A stretch of DNA of 64,000 bases from an uncultured Desulfobacter sp. (GTDB lineage: Bacteria; Desulfobacterota; Desulfobacteria; Desulfobacterales; Desulfobacteraceae). The stretch lies in the NCBI GenBank assembly GCA_963665095.1, contig OY762069.1, positions 1,152,001 to 1,216,000 on the forward strand, given 5' to 3'. This document shows positions 10,518-21,266 of this stretch, piece by piece; positions within the stretch are counted from its first letter, which is position 1, and the number at the start of each line of letters is the position of its first letter. The position numbers and the translations under genes were made by a program. The notes under the pieces are model-generated. The model was not told where the DNA came from, made no database searches, and saw nothing but the letters and a program-made list of their open reading frames with translations.

Positions 10518-11363
10518 ATGACAGCATATTTCAACGGACAATACCTGCCTAAATCCGCGATTACCATTTCTGCCGATGACCGGGGCTTTTTGTTTGCCGA
10601 CGGCCTGTATGAGGTAGTCCGTTCCTATGACGGCCGTTTGTTCAAAACGGATGAGCATATTTCCCGGCTTAACCGCGGGGCACGGTACCTGCGTTTTCCA
10701 GAGCACAATTTTTTTTATCTCAAAGAGGTGGCCGATAAGTTGCTCCGGAAAAACGAATTATTTGCAGATGCAACTATTTATTTCCAGATAACCCGGGGTG
10801 CGGCCCCCCGATCCCATAGCTTTCCAGATTCAGCCACGCCGCTGACGGTCTTTGCCGAAGCAAAATCCTTTGACCCTGAAAAAGGCAGAAAGGACAGGGA
10901 AACCGGCATTTCCGTCATTACGGTGCCAGACCTTCGATGGGCCCGGTGCGATCTGAAAACCGTGGGCCTGACCGCCAATGTGCTGGCTAACCAGCAGGCC
11001 ATGGAGAATGGCGCCAAAGAAGCCCTTTTCGTCAGGGACGGCGTAGTTCTGGAAGGTTCTCACTCCAATTTCATGGCAGTCCGGAACAACTGTCTGTTCA
11101 CAGCCCCTGCCAGCAACACTATCCTTCACGGCATTACCCGGCAGGTCATTCTGGAGATAGCCTGCGACTGCGGTGTGCCTGTCTGTCAGGAACCGATTTT
11201 TTCCCAGGAAATTGGTGACATATCAGAGGCGTTTATCTGCGGCACCACCACTGAGATCACCCCGGTAACATCCATGGACGGTCGGCCTGTGGGCAGCGGC
11301 ACCTCCGGCCCGGTTACCCGAAGACTTCAGACCGCATTCAAAGCACTCACCCGGCACGTTTAA
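10518..11363 (+). CDS. dat: D-amino-acid aminotransferase (PLP fold IV)
   Basis: DRGFLFADGLYEV, QITRGAAPRSH, RWARCDLKT, EGSHSN, ILHGITR. Confidence 0.85.
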   Translation: MTAYFNGQYLPKSAITISADDRGFLFADGLYEVVRSYDGRLFKTDEHISRLNRGARYLRFPEHNFFYLKEVADKLLRKNELFADATIYFQITRGAAPRSHSFPDSATPLTVFAEAKSFDPEKGRKDRETGISVITVPDLRWARCDLKTVGLTANVLANQQAMENGAKEALFVRDGVVLEGSHSNFMAVRNNCLFTAPASNTILHGITRQVILEIACDCGVPVCQEPIFSQEIGDISEAFICGTTTEITPVTSMDGRPVGSGTSGPVTRRLQTAFKALTRHV

Positions 11364-14134
11364 AAAGTATATCCCAAAGAGAAATGAAAGCAGCCCTTGT
11401 CCTCTCCGGGGTCCGGATCCAGCTTCCAGCCGTAGAGCAGGCTGATGGGCCCCACCGGGGTATGACGCCGCAGCCCTATACCCACACTGTTTCGGAAACC
11501 CTCCGGCACAGTCTCATCGTCCATGCGGGAGACAGCACCGCTGTCAAAAAACAGAGCAACCTCGTACCCCATCCCCAGATCGTATCTGGCTTCCACAGAA
11601 CCCAGCATCATGGTCCGCCCACCCACAGCACTGTCGCTGCTGTCATACCGGAGCATATTTTCATCAAACCCTCTCACCGTTGATGCCCCGCCCAGGAAAT
11701 AGAGCTGGTCATCAGCGATATGGGTGTTTCCTCCGTAGGGCTCCATATATCCGTACTTGCCCCGGACGGCCAGGACCAGATCATCAAAAAGAGGCAGGTA
11801 ATACCGCATCTCCAGGCCATATTTGTAAAAATCATCCACATTGGAATCAATACCCTTGTAGACATCAACAGTTGTAGATGCAAATACGCCTTTCCGTGGA
11901 TGAACAAAGGAATCTGTGGTGCGCCAGGTGAGGCCTGTGCTTATCTGACCGATATTGCGCACCCCGAAATCATCCTCTTCATCCGCCTCAAGTTCCCTGT
12001 CAACGGTGAGATACTGATCCCGGTATTCATAGCTCACCCCCAGGGAAAGGCTCAGTTTCTTTTTTCGAAAGCTGCGCAGAAAGGTCTGGGATACGCCAAA
12101 GGAACGGACACCGTAATCCTTGTTAAACTCTTCGCTTTTTTCAGTGTAGACTTTACTGGTGGAAGCAAACCGGGTGGATAGAAACCGTGGCTCTGTCAAG
12201 GATAGATCCATGCCATAGCCGATTTGACTCAGCTCAAGCCCGGCTTCTGCATTCAGATTCCGGCCCAGAAAATCCTTGTCCCCAATCCCTGTTTCCGTAT
12301 ACAGATGCCGGGAGGTGTCATACCCGCCGGCAAGTTCCATATAATAGGGTTTCTTTTCTGAGACTTCTACGATCAGGTCTGCCTCGGGTTTCCGTGTTTT
12401 AAGACCGGCACTTCTGATCCGGACCGTATCCACGGCACTCAGCCCCTGGATATTTCTGCGGCTGTCCACAACCTTTAAAACCGAAAACGGATCACCCGGA
12501 GCAATCTCCATTTCATCGGTGAGTTCCTGGTCTCTGAGCCGCAGATTTCCTGCATAAAAAATGTTGCCCACTGTGACATGAGGTCCCTGGTCCACTTGGT
12601 AGATCAGCTGCATATGGGTGTTATCCTTTGACAGGTCCGTATCCGCCGTCACCTTGACATGGGGATATCCTTTCTGGGCCACGGCCTGCTGCAGGGCAAT
12701 GGTATCATCATCAACCAGGTTTTTATCATACCATCCCCCCTGCTTAAGCGTCATAAGACCCAGGGCCCTTTCCCTGGAAACTGCCGTGAGCCCCTGAAAT
12801 TTCACCTGTTCAACCTTTGTTCGGGGTCCCTCCTTGACAATTATCTCCACAGCCACCTGTTTTTCATCCTTGTCAGGGGCGTCACTGATCTTTACCCGCT
12901 TACTGATACCGGCCTTTGTAAATCCCCTGCTGATATAAAATGCTTTAACCGCTTTCAGATCCTCTTCCAGTACCTCTTGGTCATACGCTTTTTTTTCCCG
13001 GGTAAGGATACTTTTTTGGACTTCCTTGATGGGCAGTGTATCAGCGCCGCTGATCTTCATCTCAGACACTTTATACTTGCGCCCTTCATCGATCAGTATA
13101 TTTATCTGCCGGACCTCAGGATCTTTTAAATCTGTCTTCTCTTTCCTTACTTTGGCATCTGGAAACCCTTTAGAGGCATAGCGCTTTTCAATATTCCGCA
13201 AACTTTTTTTCAGGGCAAAATTATTTTTATTCCCATCTTTTTTCAAAAGCAGATCTTTTTTCAATGACCATTTGTACAGGGCATCATTGCCCTGAAAATC
13301 AATCTCGTACAACGGTCCTTCATCAATGGTAAACACAACATCCACGTCATCGCACGCTTTGACCGGCACCTGTTCAGCGGTTACTGAAACATCGGCATAC
13401 CCTTTTTTGCGGTAGAGCTGTGTTACCTTTTTGACATCGTCTTTCATCTCCTTTTCAGTGAACCGGTTCCCCTGCCACGGCAGCAGAGATGTCCGCCAGG
13501 ACCCGGTCACAAATTTAAGCCGGGCGTTACTGGTATTGTCATTGCCCTGAAAACGGACCTCCCGGATTTGATGAAAAGGCCCTTTGTCAATATCTACCTC
13601 AACGACATAAAAGTTGCCTTCCTTCACAGCTGACATATTGACGGTTGGGGCATAAAATCCCTGCCGTTTAAAAAGATTTTCCACCCGCGCTTTCTGATCT
13701 GCCACCAGCGGTTCTTTATAAATTCCCCCAGCCTTGATGGTCATGGTATTCAGTACTTCCTGCTCAAATACCGGAAAGGCATCCCGGATGCGGATATCAC
13801 TGATCCGGCTAAACGGGGTCAGCTCAAAACTGAGTTTTATGCCCTTTTCCGTCTTTTCCGGGTCAGGCACATGGATATATTCAAAAAGCTGGGATCCTTT
13901 TAATGAGTTAACGGCTGTGTTCATCACCTCAATGGAATATGCATCGCCTGCTTTCACCGGGATAAAACTTGAGGCAATTGACTCCCAGAACGCCTGTTTT
14001 TCAGCAGGGCAGTGAACAATAATTTCAATATCTGTCACCAGGTCAGCATCACCAGCAAACACAAACCCTGGCAACCCCCAAAAAATACAGACCAGATAAA
14101 TAAAATATGCCTGTATCCCAAATCGTATCTTCAT
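11360..14134 (-). CDS. Omp85-family (BamA/TamA-like) outer-membrane protein with about 7 POTRA domains
   Basis: Signal peptide, repeated POTRA units (FxGN...GY...EGP), barrel motif LGGASTVRGF, C-terminal GYTF. Confidence 0.9.
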   Translation of the reverse strand: MKIRFGIQAYFIYLVCIFWGLPGFVFAGDADLVTDIEIIVHCPAEKQAFWESIASSFIPVKAGDAYSIEVMNTAVNSLKGSQLFEYIHVPDPEKTEKGIKLSFELTPFSRISDIRIRDAFPVFEQEVLNTMTIKAGGIYKEPLVADQKARVENLFKRQGFYAPTVNMSAVKEGNFYVVEVDIDKGPFHQIREVRFQGNDNTSNARLKFVTGSWRTSLLPWQGNRFTEKEMKDDVKKVTQLYRKKGYADVSVTAEQVPVKACDDVDVVFTIDEGPLYEIDFQGNDALYKWSLKKDLLLKKDGNKNNFALKKSLRNIEKRYASKGFPDAKVRKEKTDLKDPEVRQINILIDEGRKYKVSEMKISGADTLPIKEVQKSILTREKKAYDQEVLEEDLKAVKAFYISRGFTKAGISKRVKISDAPDKDEKQVAVEIIVKEGPRTKVEQVKFQGLTAVSRERALGLMTLKQGGWYDKNLVDDDTIALQQAVAQKGYPHVKVTADTDLSKDNTHMQLIYQVDQGPHVTVGNIFYAGNLRLRDQELTDEMEIAPGDPFSVLKVVDSRRNIQGLSAVDTVRIRSAGLKTRKPEADLIVEVSEKKPYYMELAGGYDTSRHLYTETGIGDKDFLGRNLNAEAGLELSQIGYGMDLSLTEPRFLSTRFASTSKVYTEKSEEFNKDYGVRSFGVSQTFLRSFRKKKLSLSLGVSYEYRDQYLTVDRELEADEEDDFGVRNIGQISTGLTWRTTDSFVHPRKGVFASTTVDVYKGIDSNVDDFYKYGLEMRYYLPLFDDLVLAVRGKYGYMEPYGGNTHIADDQLYFLGGASTVRGFDENMLRYDSSDSAVGGRTMMLGSVEARYDLGMGYEVALFFDSGAVSRMDDETVPEGFRNSVGIGLRRHTPVGPISLLYGWKLDPDPGEDKGCFHFSLGYTF

Positions 14135-17100
14135 CTAAACTCCAGCCTGTATTTAAGTTCTCCGCCATATTTTCCGCTGGTATCCTGGAAGCTGCTCAGC
14201 AGCAAGTGCTCCAGAAGCTTGTAATAGGTGGTGACAGTCTGAACGGTTTCACCATCACTGATATCCATGCCGTAGGAGACACTGAGCTGCCGGGACAGAT
14301 CTGCGCCTAAGCTCACATGGACACCGGTATCACCATTATCATCCTCATCCACACTGATGCTGACCTCGCTTAACCCGGTGGTTTCCCGGAGCTTCTCACT
14401 TAGGGGATCTGCCAGCACCTTGGCAATGGCTGCCGCCGATGAGGAGTCACCGTCACTGTCGCTGCCAGACCCCATCTCCTCTGTGGTTTTGCCAAAAATA
14501 ATCAGACTGATGATATCACTGTCCGTGGCATCAGGATCCGAGGTAAATTCAAAATCAAGATTGTCCGGGGTACCGGTAATGGACAGGGTAATGGTATAGG
14601 ATGAAATGGTGGTCTCACTGGTCAGTGTGATCTCCGGTTCAATTTTATACGGGTTGATAAAATCGATGGCGCCTTCGGTAATGTCGAATTCGGCCTTTTG
14701 AAAAATAATGGTGCCTTCATCCACTGCCGCCCGTCCGTCCAGGGCCGGAGCATAAGCCGTTCCCCGGACTGTCAGGTTGGGGCTGATGGACATGTTCGCA
14801 AGGTTATTGTCCACGGAAATTGCTTCTCTGCGCGTTACATAAATATTTAAGTCAATGGTTTTAAGGAATTCAGGCCCGGGTTCCCGGGTTTTGGGACGGG
14901 ATTTTTTGGTCTGATCCATGGCCAGGCTCATCAGGCTTAAATCCACGTCTTTATAATAGGTGCCCTCAAAAATATCGATGCCGCCGATGAGTGTCGACTT
15001 TTCCATGGTGCCGGCCCAGGTCATCTTGCTGTTCAGGGTCATGGTCAGGGTATCGGGAATATCCACGGGCACCTGACTGGCATTCAGGTCCAAAGTAAAT
15101 TTGTCAGGCTTGCCGTTTATGAGACCTGTGCGGCCGGTCAGCGTCAACTGCCCATCCCCAAGGCCGGCCCTGACATTTTGAATCTCTATCGATTCCGGTG
15201 TCAGAACAATACGGCCGCAGATTTTCTGCAGCGGTTCTTCCAGCGCTTCAAGATCCAGGTCCACGCTGGAAAATTCAACACTGCCCCGCAAATCAGGAGC
15301 GGTGGCCTGGCCTTTAGCGGTCAGTGAGATCAGAATCTGCCCGTCTGCGGAATTGATTCCGTCTGCCAGCGGAACAAACATTGCCACAGGGATACTGCCG
15401 CCAATCTGGGCATTCAGATCTCCTTTGATATCTCCGGCAGCTGAAAGCGTCAGCTCTCCCTGGTTCATGATCTTCACCGGAACTGAAGGGAGCTCGAATT
15501 GGCCCTGATGAAGCCTGGCCCGTGCATTTTCCATGAAGATAAGATCCTGGTCCTGGTTTGACAAAGCAAATCTGGAGATATCAACGGACGCCTCAAGTGC
15601 TGAAGGGGTGTCCAGGGGCCCGTGGATTTCGAATACCGCACCGGCATCCGCTGTCATATCCGGAGCATCCGGCAGGCTGAGATCAACCGCGTTTATGTGT
15701 CCTGATATATCCGGTGCATGCAGCTGCCCTGTGGCCATCAGCTCCAGACCTAGGCGGCCTGATGCCAGGGTTTCATCTGCAGCCGGATCAACGCCCTTAA
15801 GGTCAGTTTCCGGTATCTTGACGCGAAGATCAAGGGTATCCTTTCCCACATTGATCTGCCCTGCGATGTCCATATGGGCCTTGTTATGCTGAACCCGTGC
15901 CTGCTTAAAGGTCAGGATATTGTCGGCAAATGTCAGCTGTGCCTGGATACTGCCAAGCACATAATTCTGATATCCGGGGTTCTGCCCGGAAAAAGAGAGG
16001 GCCACCTTCGGTTGTTTCAATGTCCCGCCGCCTGTAATCCGGCCTGTAAATTTCCCTTTGGCCCCCAGATCCGGGGCCAGATCGCTGAGATCCAGTTCAT
16101 TAAAATCCAATGACAGGTCAAGCGCCTGGTCCGGTCCAAGATCCAGAGTCCCGCCGGCGTTAAGAACCCCCTGGTTCCGTTTAAGAGACAGCGATTCAAC
16201 CTCGACCAGCCTCTGATCAATCCGGGCCTTACAGGACAGGTCATCCACCAGGAATCCTTTGGCAGATAGATTTTGAGCCGCAATGCTGAGGTTCATGTCA
16301 GGTGCTGTGACAGCCCCTTGTACATCAGCATGAATTTCCACACTGCCCAGGGCTTTTTGCCCTACAAGCCCTGAGGGCACGGACAGGTCAGCCACTGAAA
16401 GATCAAGTTGGCCGGTCATTGTCATGGCCTTGGGATCAAAGCCCGGCATATCCAGTCCACCTGTTCCCGTGCCGGTCATACCAGGTCCCTCCAGGGTAAA
16501 ATCTGTCAGGGTCAGGCGTTCCTTTTCCAGTTCAACACCGGTCTTAAACTGTACCTGTGCCGGGCCTGACAGCTGGGGCAGCACCAGGTCACGCACCGCA
16601 ACATCCAGATCTGCCTTCGCAGCTATCTGCCCTGGTGTTACGCCCTGTCCCTGCACCTGTATCCGGGCGTCCAGAATTCCTTCCGGAATATTTTCTCCCG
16701 TCACCAGGGCGGACAAGGACAGATTATCCGGGCGGATATAAAAATTGTATCCAATGGTATTGAGATCTGTCATGGGATGCGTAAATCCTGTGGGAAATGC
16801 CTTTGACAAATCCACCCGGCCACCCATGGGTACGGAACCTGCCGGCAGATCAATCCGGCACGGTTCCAGGGTAATCCTCCGGTCTGCAAGGCTGACAGCG
16901 GCCTGTATTGCGGATACAGCCTGCCCGTTAATAATGCCCCGGCCAAATTCAAGGCGGATATCGGCATTGGGATTGTCTATCCCACCTTTGACAGCCAGAT
17001 GAACCCGGCCGCTTCCCTGGTACTGATCCGGGGAAAGGCCAAAAGCCCTTACAGCTGTGCCTGTATCTATATCAAGAAGAGCGGTAATATCCAGTGCCGG

Positions 17101-17928
17101 ACCTTCTGGGCCCGCAGATCCAGACAGCCCGTTAACACGCCCTGTGGCAGCAAAGGACAGGCCGGGCATCTGCGCATGGATGTCAATATCAGAAATGGTC
17201 TCTTTATCTATCCGGGCACTGGTATTCAAGGATTGAACATTGAGATCTGTTTCGCCAGACACCAGGTGTCCGCCGGACAGGGCTAATTTCACAGAAGCAC
17301 ACAATTCTGCCAGGTGAAAGCCTGCCACCTCAACGGATAAATCCGCAAGGTCGGTTTTAAATTCTGGAGACGCCACTTTGATCCGGGCATTATTCACCTG
17401 AAACAGTTCAACCCGCAGGTCAAAACTTGAAGATCCGGAATCTGACGGTGGTGTTTCTGCAGGGGCCTCGGATTCAGAAACCAGGGCAGATACAATGTCA
17501 ACCGCCCCTTTTTCGGACAGGGTAACGTCAAGCGCAGGGCTGTCAATCTGTATACGGGTCAATTCAAACCTGCGCTCGGCCAGGGCAGACCAGTTCAGAT
17601 CAACTGCCAGCAATGCGACCCGGGCCAGTTCCCTGCCGGATGCTTCCGTAAGCTTAATACCGGAAATCTGAACCCGGCCGTCCCAAATGGCCAGCTTAAG
17701 TTTTTCCCAGGACAGATTACCGGGAATTACCCGGTTCACCTGCTTCTGAATCAATGCCTGGGCAGGATCGGTCTGAATAAAAAAAATTGCACCCCAGACC
17801 AGACCGGCAACAAGGCCCAGGCCCGTTAAAAGTGTTAAGAGAAAAAGCCTGAACCAGCGTACTTTTTGGGTGGGTTCCGGGCTTCTGGAAGTTTTGTGGG
17901 GGGGGTGCAAAGCTGTGGAGGCTGTCAT
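14131..17928 (-). CDS. tamB: Translocation/assembly module TamB family protein
   Basis: N-terminal TM anchor, long beta-rich body, DUF490-like C-terminus ending ELKYRLEFR; overlaps the Omp85 gene by 4 nt. Confidence 0.85.
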   Translation of the reverse strand: MTASTALHPPHKTSRSPEPTQKVRWFRLFLLTLLTGLGLVAGLVWGAIFFIQTDPAQALIQKQVNRVIPGNLSWEKLKLAIWDGRVQISGIKLTEASGRELARVALLAVDLNWSALAERRFELTRIQIDSPALDVTLSEKGAVDIVSALVSESEAPAETPPSDSGSSSFDLRVELFQVNNARIKVASPEFKTDLADLSVEVAGFHLAELCASVKLALSGGHLVSGETDLNVQSLNTSARIDKETISDIDIHAQMPGLSFAATGRVNGLSGSAGPEGPALDITALLDIDTGTAVRAFGLSPDQYQGSGRVHLAVKGGIDNPNADIRLEFGRGIINGQAVSAIQAAVSLADRRITLEPCRIDLPAGSVPMGGRVDLSKAFPTGFTHPMTDLNTIGYNFYIRPDNLSLSALVTGENIPEGILDARIQVQGQGVTPGQIAAKADLDVAVRDLVLPQLSGPAQVQFKTGVELEKERLTLTDFTLEGPGMTGTGTGGLDMPGFDPKAMTMTGQLDLSVADLSVPSGLVGQKALGSVEIHADVQGAVTAPDMNLSIAAQNLSAKGFLVDDLSCKARIDQRLVEVESLSLKRNQGVLNAGGTLDLGPDQALDLSLDFNELDLSDLAPDLGAKGKFTGRITGGGTLKQPKVALSFSGQNPGYQNYVLGSIQAQLTFADNILTFKQARVQHNKAHMDIAGQINVGKDTLDLRVKIPETDLKGVDPAADETLASGRLGLELMATGQLHAPDISGHINAVDLSLPDAPDMTADAGAVFEIHGPLDTPSALEASVDISRFALSNQDQDLIFMENARARLHQGQFELPSVPVKIMNQGELTLSAAGDIKGDLNAQIGGSIPVAMFVPLADGINSADGQILISLTAKGQATAPDLRGSVEFSSVDLDLEALEEPLQKICGRIVLTPESIEIQNVRAGLGDGQLTLTGRTGLINGKPDKFTLDLNASQVPVDIPDTLTMTLNSKMTWAGTMEKSTLIGGIDIFEGTYYKDVDLSLMSLAMDQTKKSRPKTREPGPEFLKTIDLNIYVTRREAISVDNNLANMSISPNLTVRGTAYAPALDGRAAVDEGTIIFQKAEFDITEGAIDFINPYKIEPEITLTSETTISSYTITLSITGTPDNLDFEFTSDPDATDSDIISLIIFGKTTEEMGSGSDSDGDSSSAAAIAKVLADPLSEKLRETTGLSEVSISVDEDDNGDTGVHVSLGADLSRQLSVSYGMDISDGETVQTVTTYYKLLEHLLLSSFQDTSGKYGGELKYRLEFR

Positions 17929-18131
17929 ATGGTCTGTCAGGGGTTAAGGGTTCATTAAAAATATTTTTTAGGTTTTAGGGCAAGGCCTTACCTGTGTCAA
18001 GGCAATATTCCTTTATTTTACATAGTGTTTGCCCAGGCACGGCATAGATTTTTTTTCTGCGCTTGCACAGGCTTATTACTTTCCTTTAATATAAATTAAC
18101 TTAAAACCTGATGAAAATATTTTATACAGAA

Positions 18132-19052
18132 ATGAAAAACCCTATTTTAAATCGGTTGAGCCCCTGGATAGTTGTCTTTTTTGCACTTCTTGTGCTGACG
18201 CCTGTCTGTCAGGCAAAAAATATCCCTGATGCCAAAGAGCCCATCATGATTGCCCACCCGGAGCAGGCAGGCATGGGTCAGCCCTTTCTTGTCCGACTGA
18301 CATCTTTTCAGGCCTTTGAAAAGCTGACTGTTCAATGGATGGGACGGGTGATTATTCCCTCTGTCTCTAAATGGAACGACCATCATGTGGCCATTGCCAT
18401 GCTGGGCACAGATCTTCTCACCATCAAGCCTGGCATTCAACCGCTTATAGTGGGGGCCTGGACAGGGGGAAAAGAAACAGTCTGGCATCGGTCCGTAACC
18501 ATTGTTGCCCGGTCCTATCCCCGCCAGGACCTGACCCTGCCCTCCAGAATGGTAACCCCGCCTGCCACTGAACTTGAAAGGATCAAGGCAGAAAGGGTAC
18601 GGACCCGGAAAGCCAAAAACACCTGGTCAGACCAGCGGTTGTGGCGGCTGCCCTTTCATCGGCCCGTGGCGGGAAAAACCACAAGCGATTACGGGCTGCA
18701 GCGGTTTTTGAACGGCAAACCCAAAGACCCTCACCGGGGAATTGATTTCAGGGCGCCCACGGGAACTGCCATAGAGGCGATTGCCGACGGCAGGGTAATT
18801 CTTGCCGAACCCCATTATTACGCGGGGAATTCAATATATATAGATCACGGCAACGGGGTGATTTCTCTGTACTTTCACCTAAGCAAATTCAACGTTTCCA
18901 AGGGGGAAATGGTAAAAAGGGGACAGATGATTGGCAGGGCCGGCAGCACAGGGCGGGCAACAGGCCCCCACCTACATCTGTCTGTTTCTGTACAGGGGCA
19001 GTTGGTGGATCCGGCACCCTTGCTGGAAAAGACAACCGACCAGTTGCTTTAG
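18132..19052 (+). CDS. M23 family metallopeptidase
   Basis: HRGID, IDHGNG, YFHLS, GSTGRATGPHLH; signal peptide. Confidence 0.92.
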   Translation: MKNPILNRLSPWIVVFFALLVLTPVCQAKNIPDAKEPIMIAHPEQAGMGQPFLVRLTSFQAFEKLTVQWMGRVIIPSVSKWNDHHVAIAMLGTDLLTIKPGIQPLIVGAWTGGKETVWHRSVTIVARSYPRQDLTLPSRMVTPPATELERIKAERVRTRKAKNTWSDQRLWRLPFHRPVAGKTTSDYGLQRFLNGKPKDPHRGIDFRAPTGTAIEAIADGRVILAEPHYYAGNSIYIDHGNGVISLYFHLSKFNVSKGEMVKRGQMIGRAGSTGRATGPHLHLSVSVQGQLVDPAPLLEKTTDQLL

Positions 19053-19147
19053 TTCTTGTCCGGGAATAAAGGGTTTCATAGTCCCCCCTGCCCTCCGGTA
19101 TCCATGTCCAAAGATGCCTCGCCTATAATAAAACCTGTTTTATGGTT

Positions 19148-19594
19148 TTAATTGTAGGCGATGCGACTCTTTTCATCATTCATGGTCGGCAAAATAATTT
19201 TCTGCCATGCTTCGCTGTTCCATGTTCCCAGTTTTTCGTGCATGTTTAAATATTTTTCCGGAATAGGATGGGTCCCGTAAACAACTTCAAGACCGTACTT
19301 TGTCTGAATATAGTCATGGAATTGGGTGATATAAGGACATGGCGGATAGCCCACAATTAACCCCGTGGCCAGATGAATTATGTCAGCCCCGTTTGCTTTC
19401 ATCTCATCCACTACATATTCCACATTGCCTCCCGGGCACCCGTCGCAGCTGCTGTACCCTACAATTTCCACCGCCATGTCTTTGTATCGGCTGAATGCCC
19501 CCTCACGGTTCCTAAGGGATCTGAAGCATTTCCCCCCGCCGCATCTCCGATAGCGGTCACAGATAATAATGCCTATGTGTTTTGTTGTGTCCAT
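19148..19594 (-). CDS. CGGC-domain protein
   Basis: IGIIIC...CGGGKC, CDGCPG, IHLATG...YPPCP, GTH. Confidence 0.88.
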   Translation of the reverse strand: MDTTKHIGIIICDRYRRCGGGKCFRSLRNREGAFSRYKDMAVEIVGYSSCDGCPGGNVEYVVDEMKANGADIIHLATGLIVGYPPCPYITQFHDYIQTKYGLEVVYGTHPIPEKYLNMHEKLGTWNSEAWQKIILPTMNDEKSRIAYN

Positions 19595-19614
19595 GATCTC
19601 TCCTTGTTTAAATT

Positions 19615-20568
19615 TCAGCGGCGAAGCTGACGGGTATAAAATCTTTCCCCACCATATTCCGTAACAATTATCTGTTTTTCTTGTACCAGGGTTTCAATGG
19701 CAGAAAAATCACTTCCTGCTTTTTTTAAGTAGGCCATGACCGCATCCTCCCGCATGGGATGAACGGCCGTGATGCTCAGGATATCGTTTTTAACATCCCC
19801 TGTGACGGCAAACTGGTTTCCCTCATATCCAATCAGATATTCGGTACTGATCCCTTTTGAACTGAAAATCTGCCAGGCTCTATTTAGTGTATCTTCCACA
19901 GGCGGCCTGACACTTTTGACTGCAGGGGGACGGGTGGGGATGCTTAAGCAGGCTACCTTGGGATTGAGGCTGCTGACAAATTCAGCAGTCTTTTCCAGGC
20001 AGGCCGCGGTATCATTTCTCCCTCTGACAAGCATGGTTTCAGTAACCAGGGTACCCTGAAATTCCCCGGCAAAGGTTTTAATCCCTTTGAGCATGGTTTC
20101 AAAACAAAGGGCTCTATTCGGCCGGTCTGTCTTTCGCCATATTTGGGGGTCCAGGGTGTCTATTTTCACTGAGACCCAGTCTGCCAGACAAAGCGCCTTT
20201 CGGACATCAGGAAGCCCGAGCAAAGATGAATTGGTGATCACAGCTGTTTTAACCCCAAAACCGGAAAGGGCCGAGATCAGTTGCGCCAGATACATATCAA
20301 GGGTGGGTTCACCATCTGAAACAATGGTCAGGTAGTCAATGGGCTCATGATTCAGACGGGCTTTTGCCAGTTTTTCCCGGGTCTGGGTTAAAATCAAACC
20401 TGGATCGTAAAATGATTGCCGAAGGGGAGGCACCGGAACACCTTTGCCAAGCTGACAATAGATACAGGAATAGGTGCAGACCTTTGGGGGAATATTGTTG
20501 ATTCCCACACTTTTACCCAGTCGCCTGGAAGGCACAGGGCCGAATACCAAAGGAGGATCAGCTGTCAT
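19615..20568 (-). CDS. Radical SAM protein
   Basis: VFGPVPSRRLGKS, CTYSCIYC (CxxxCxxC), DGEPTL. Confidence 0.9.
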   Translation of the reverse strand: MTADPPLVFGPVPSRRLGKSVGINNIPPKVCTYSCIYCQLGKGVPVPPLRQSFYDPGLILTQTREKLAKARLNHEPIDYLTIVSDGEPTLDMYLAQLISALSGFGVKTAVITNSSLLGLPDVRKALCLADWVSVKIDTLDPQIWRKTDRPNRALCFETMLKGIKTFAGEFQGTLVTETMLVRGRNDTAACLEKTAEFVSSLNPKVACLSIPTRPPAVKSVRPPVEDTLNRAWQIFSSKGISTEYLIGYEGNQFAVTGDVKNDILSITAVHPMREDAVMAYLKKAGSDFSAIETLVQEKQIIVTEYGGERFYTRQLRR

Positions 20569-20709
20569 TATGGTCCCCCCTGATAGCAAATTTTTGTGGA
20601 CCTGAGTGCCCCAGACATCTCAACATTTGAAAGAAAGCTTCCCAAAAGGCATTTTTTGGGGAGGGGATATCCTGGTTATCCTCAGTAAAAATAACAATTA
20701 CACTTTTGG

Positions 20710-20724
20710 GCTTAGGCCATGCCA
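20710..20724 (-). promoter_or_regulatory. Candidate sigma54 promoter for the radical SAM-CGGC operon
   Basis: Minus strand TGGCATGGCCTAAGC is GG-N10-GC with a good -24 box and an imperfect -12 box. Confidence 0.5.
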
Positions 20725-20888
20725 GGCTGACTTCCCGGGACAACAGCGACATCATTTTCTCCTGTTTTAAACTTAAAAAATATAGCATAGATAACAGCAA
20801 GTTCAGTACCAACAAACGCATAAATAAAAAACAGGAAATAAATTCAGTTAGTTGACCCAATAATATTGTTCGAATAAAACGCTTCGGC

Positions 20889-20994
20889 ATTGCAAAAATG
20901 CACCGCTCAAATATGGCAAAAAATAAGAAAAGACTGCAACGGCAGTATTTCCAGCCATAAGTATTAAGGCACAGGGAAAACGCAGATTTGCAAT
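20889..20994. promoter_or_regulatory. Candidate enhancer-binding-protein sites (OrpR-type)
   Basis: ATTGCA-aaaa-TGCACC (20889-20904) and AACGCA-gatt-TGCAAT (20979-20994), matching motifs near the sigma54 regulator at 43.5-45.2 kb. Confidence 0.5.
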
Positions 20995-21266
20995 CCATTG
21001 AGGTGCTCTGTCATCTGAGTCGGACAGAAAACCTAATGTTCCTGACACGGCATCACAACTTTTCCGGACCATAATATTCCAAATCTTTATGAGCAGGCAT
21101 CGCCCTTGAAAAGCCAATGAGATTTTTTTAAAAGCCAATCAAAACCTTGCGCTCCCCCCTAAGGACAGTTTAAAATCTTTTGAAATATTTCAAAGTCATC
21201 GTCCGGTATAAACAGGTCTTGTATGCATTTTCAGCGTCTTTAAAAAAAAGAGTGGGGAAAGCGTCT

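Noticed and set aside
20558..21138. ORFs 20558-20998 and 20848-21138
   Set aside because: AT-rich sequence without homology cues, better explained as the regulatory region of the radical SAM operon.
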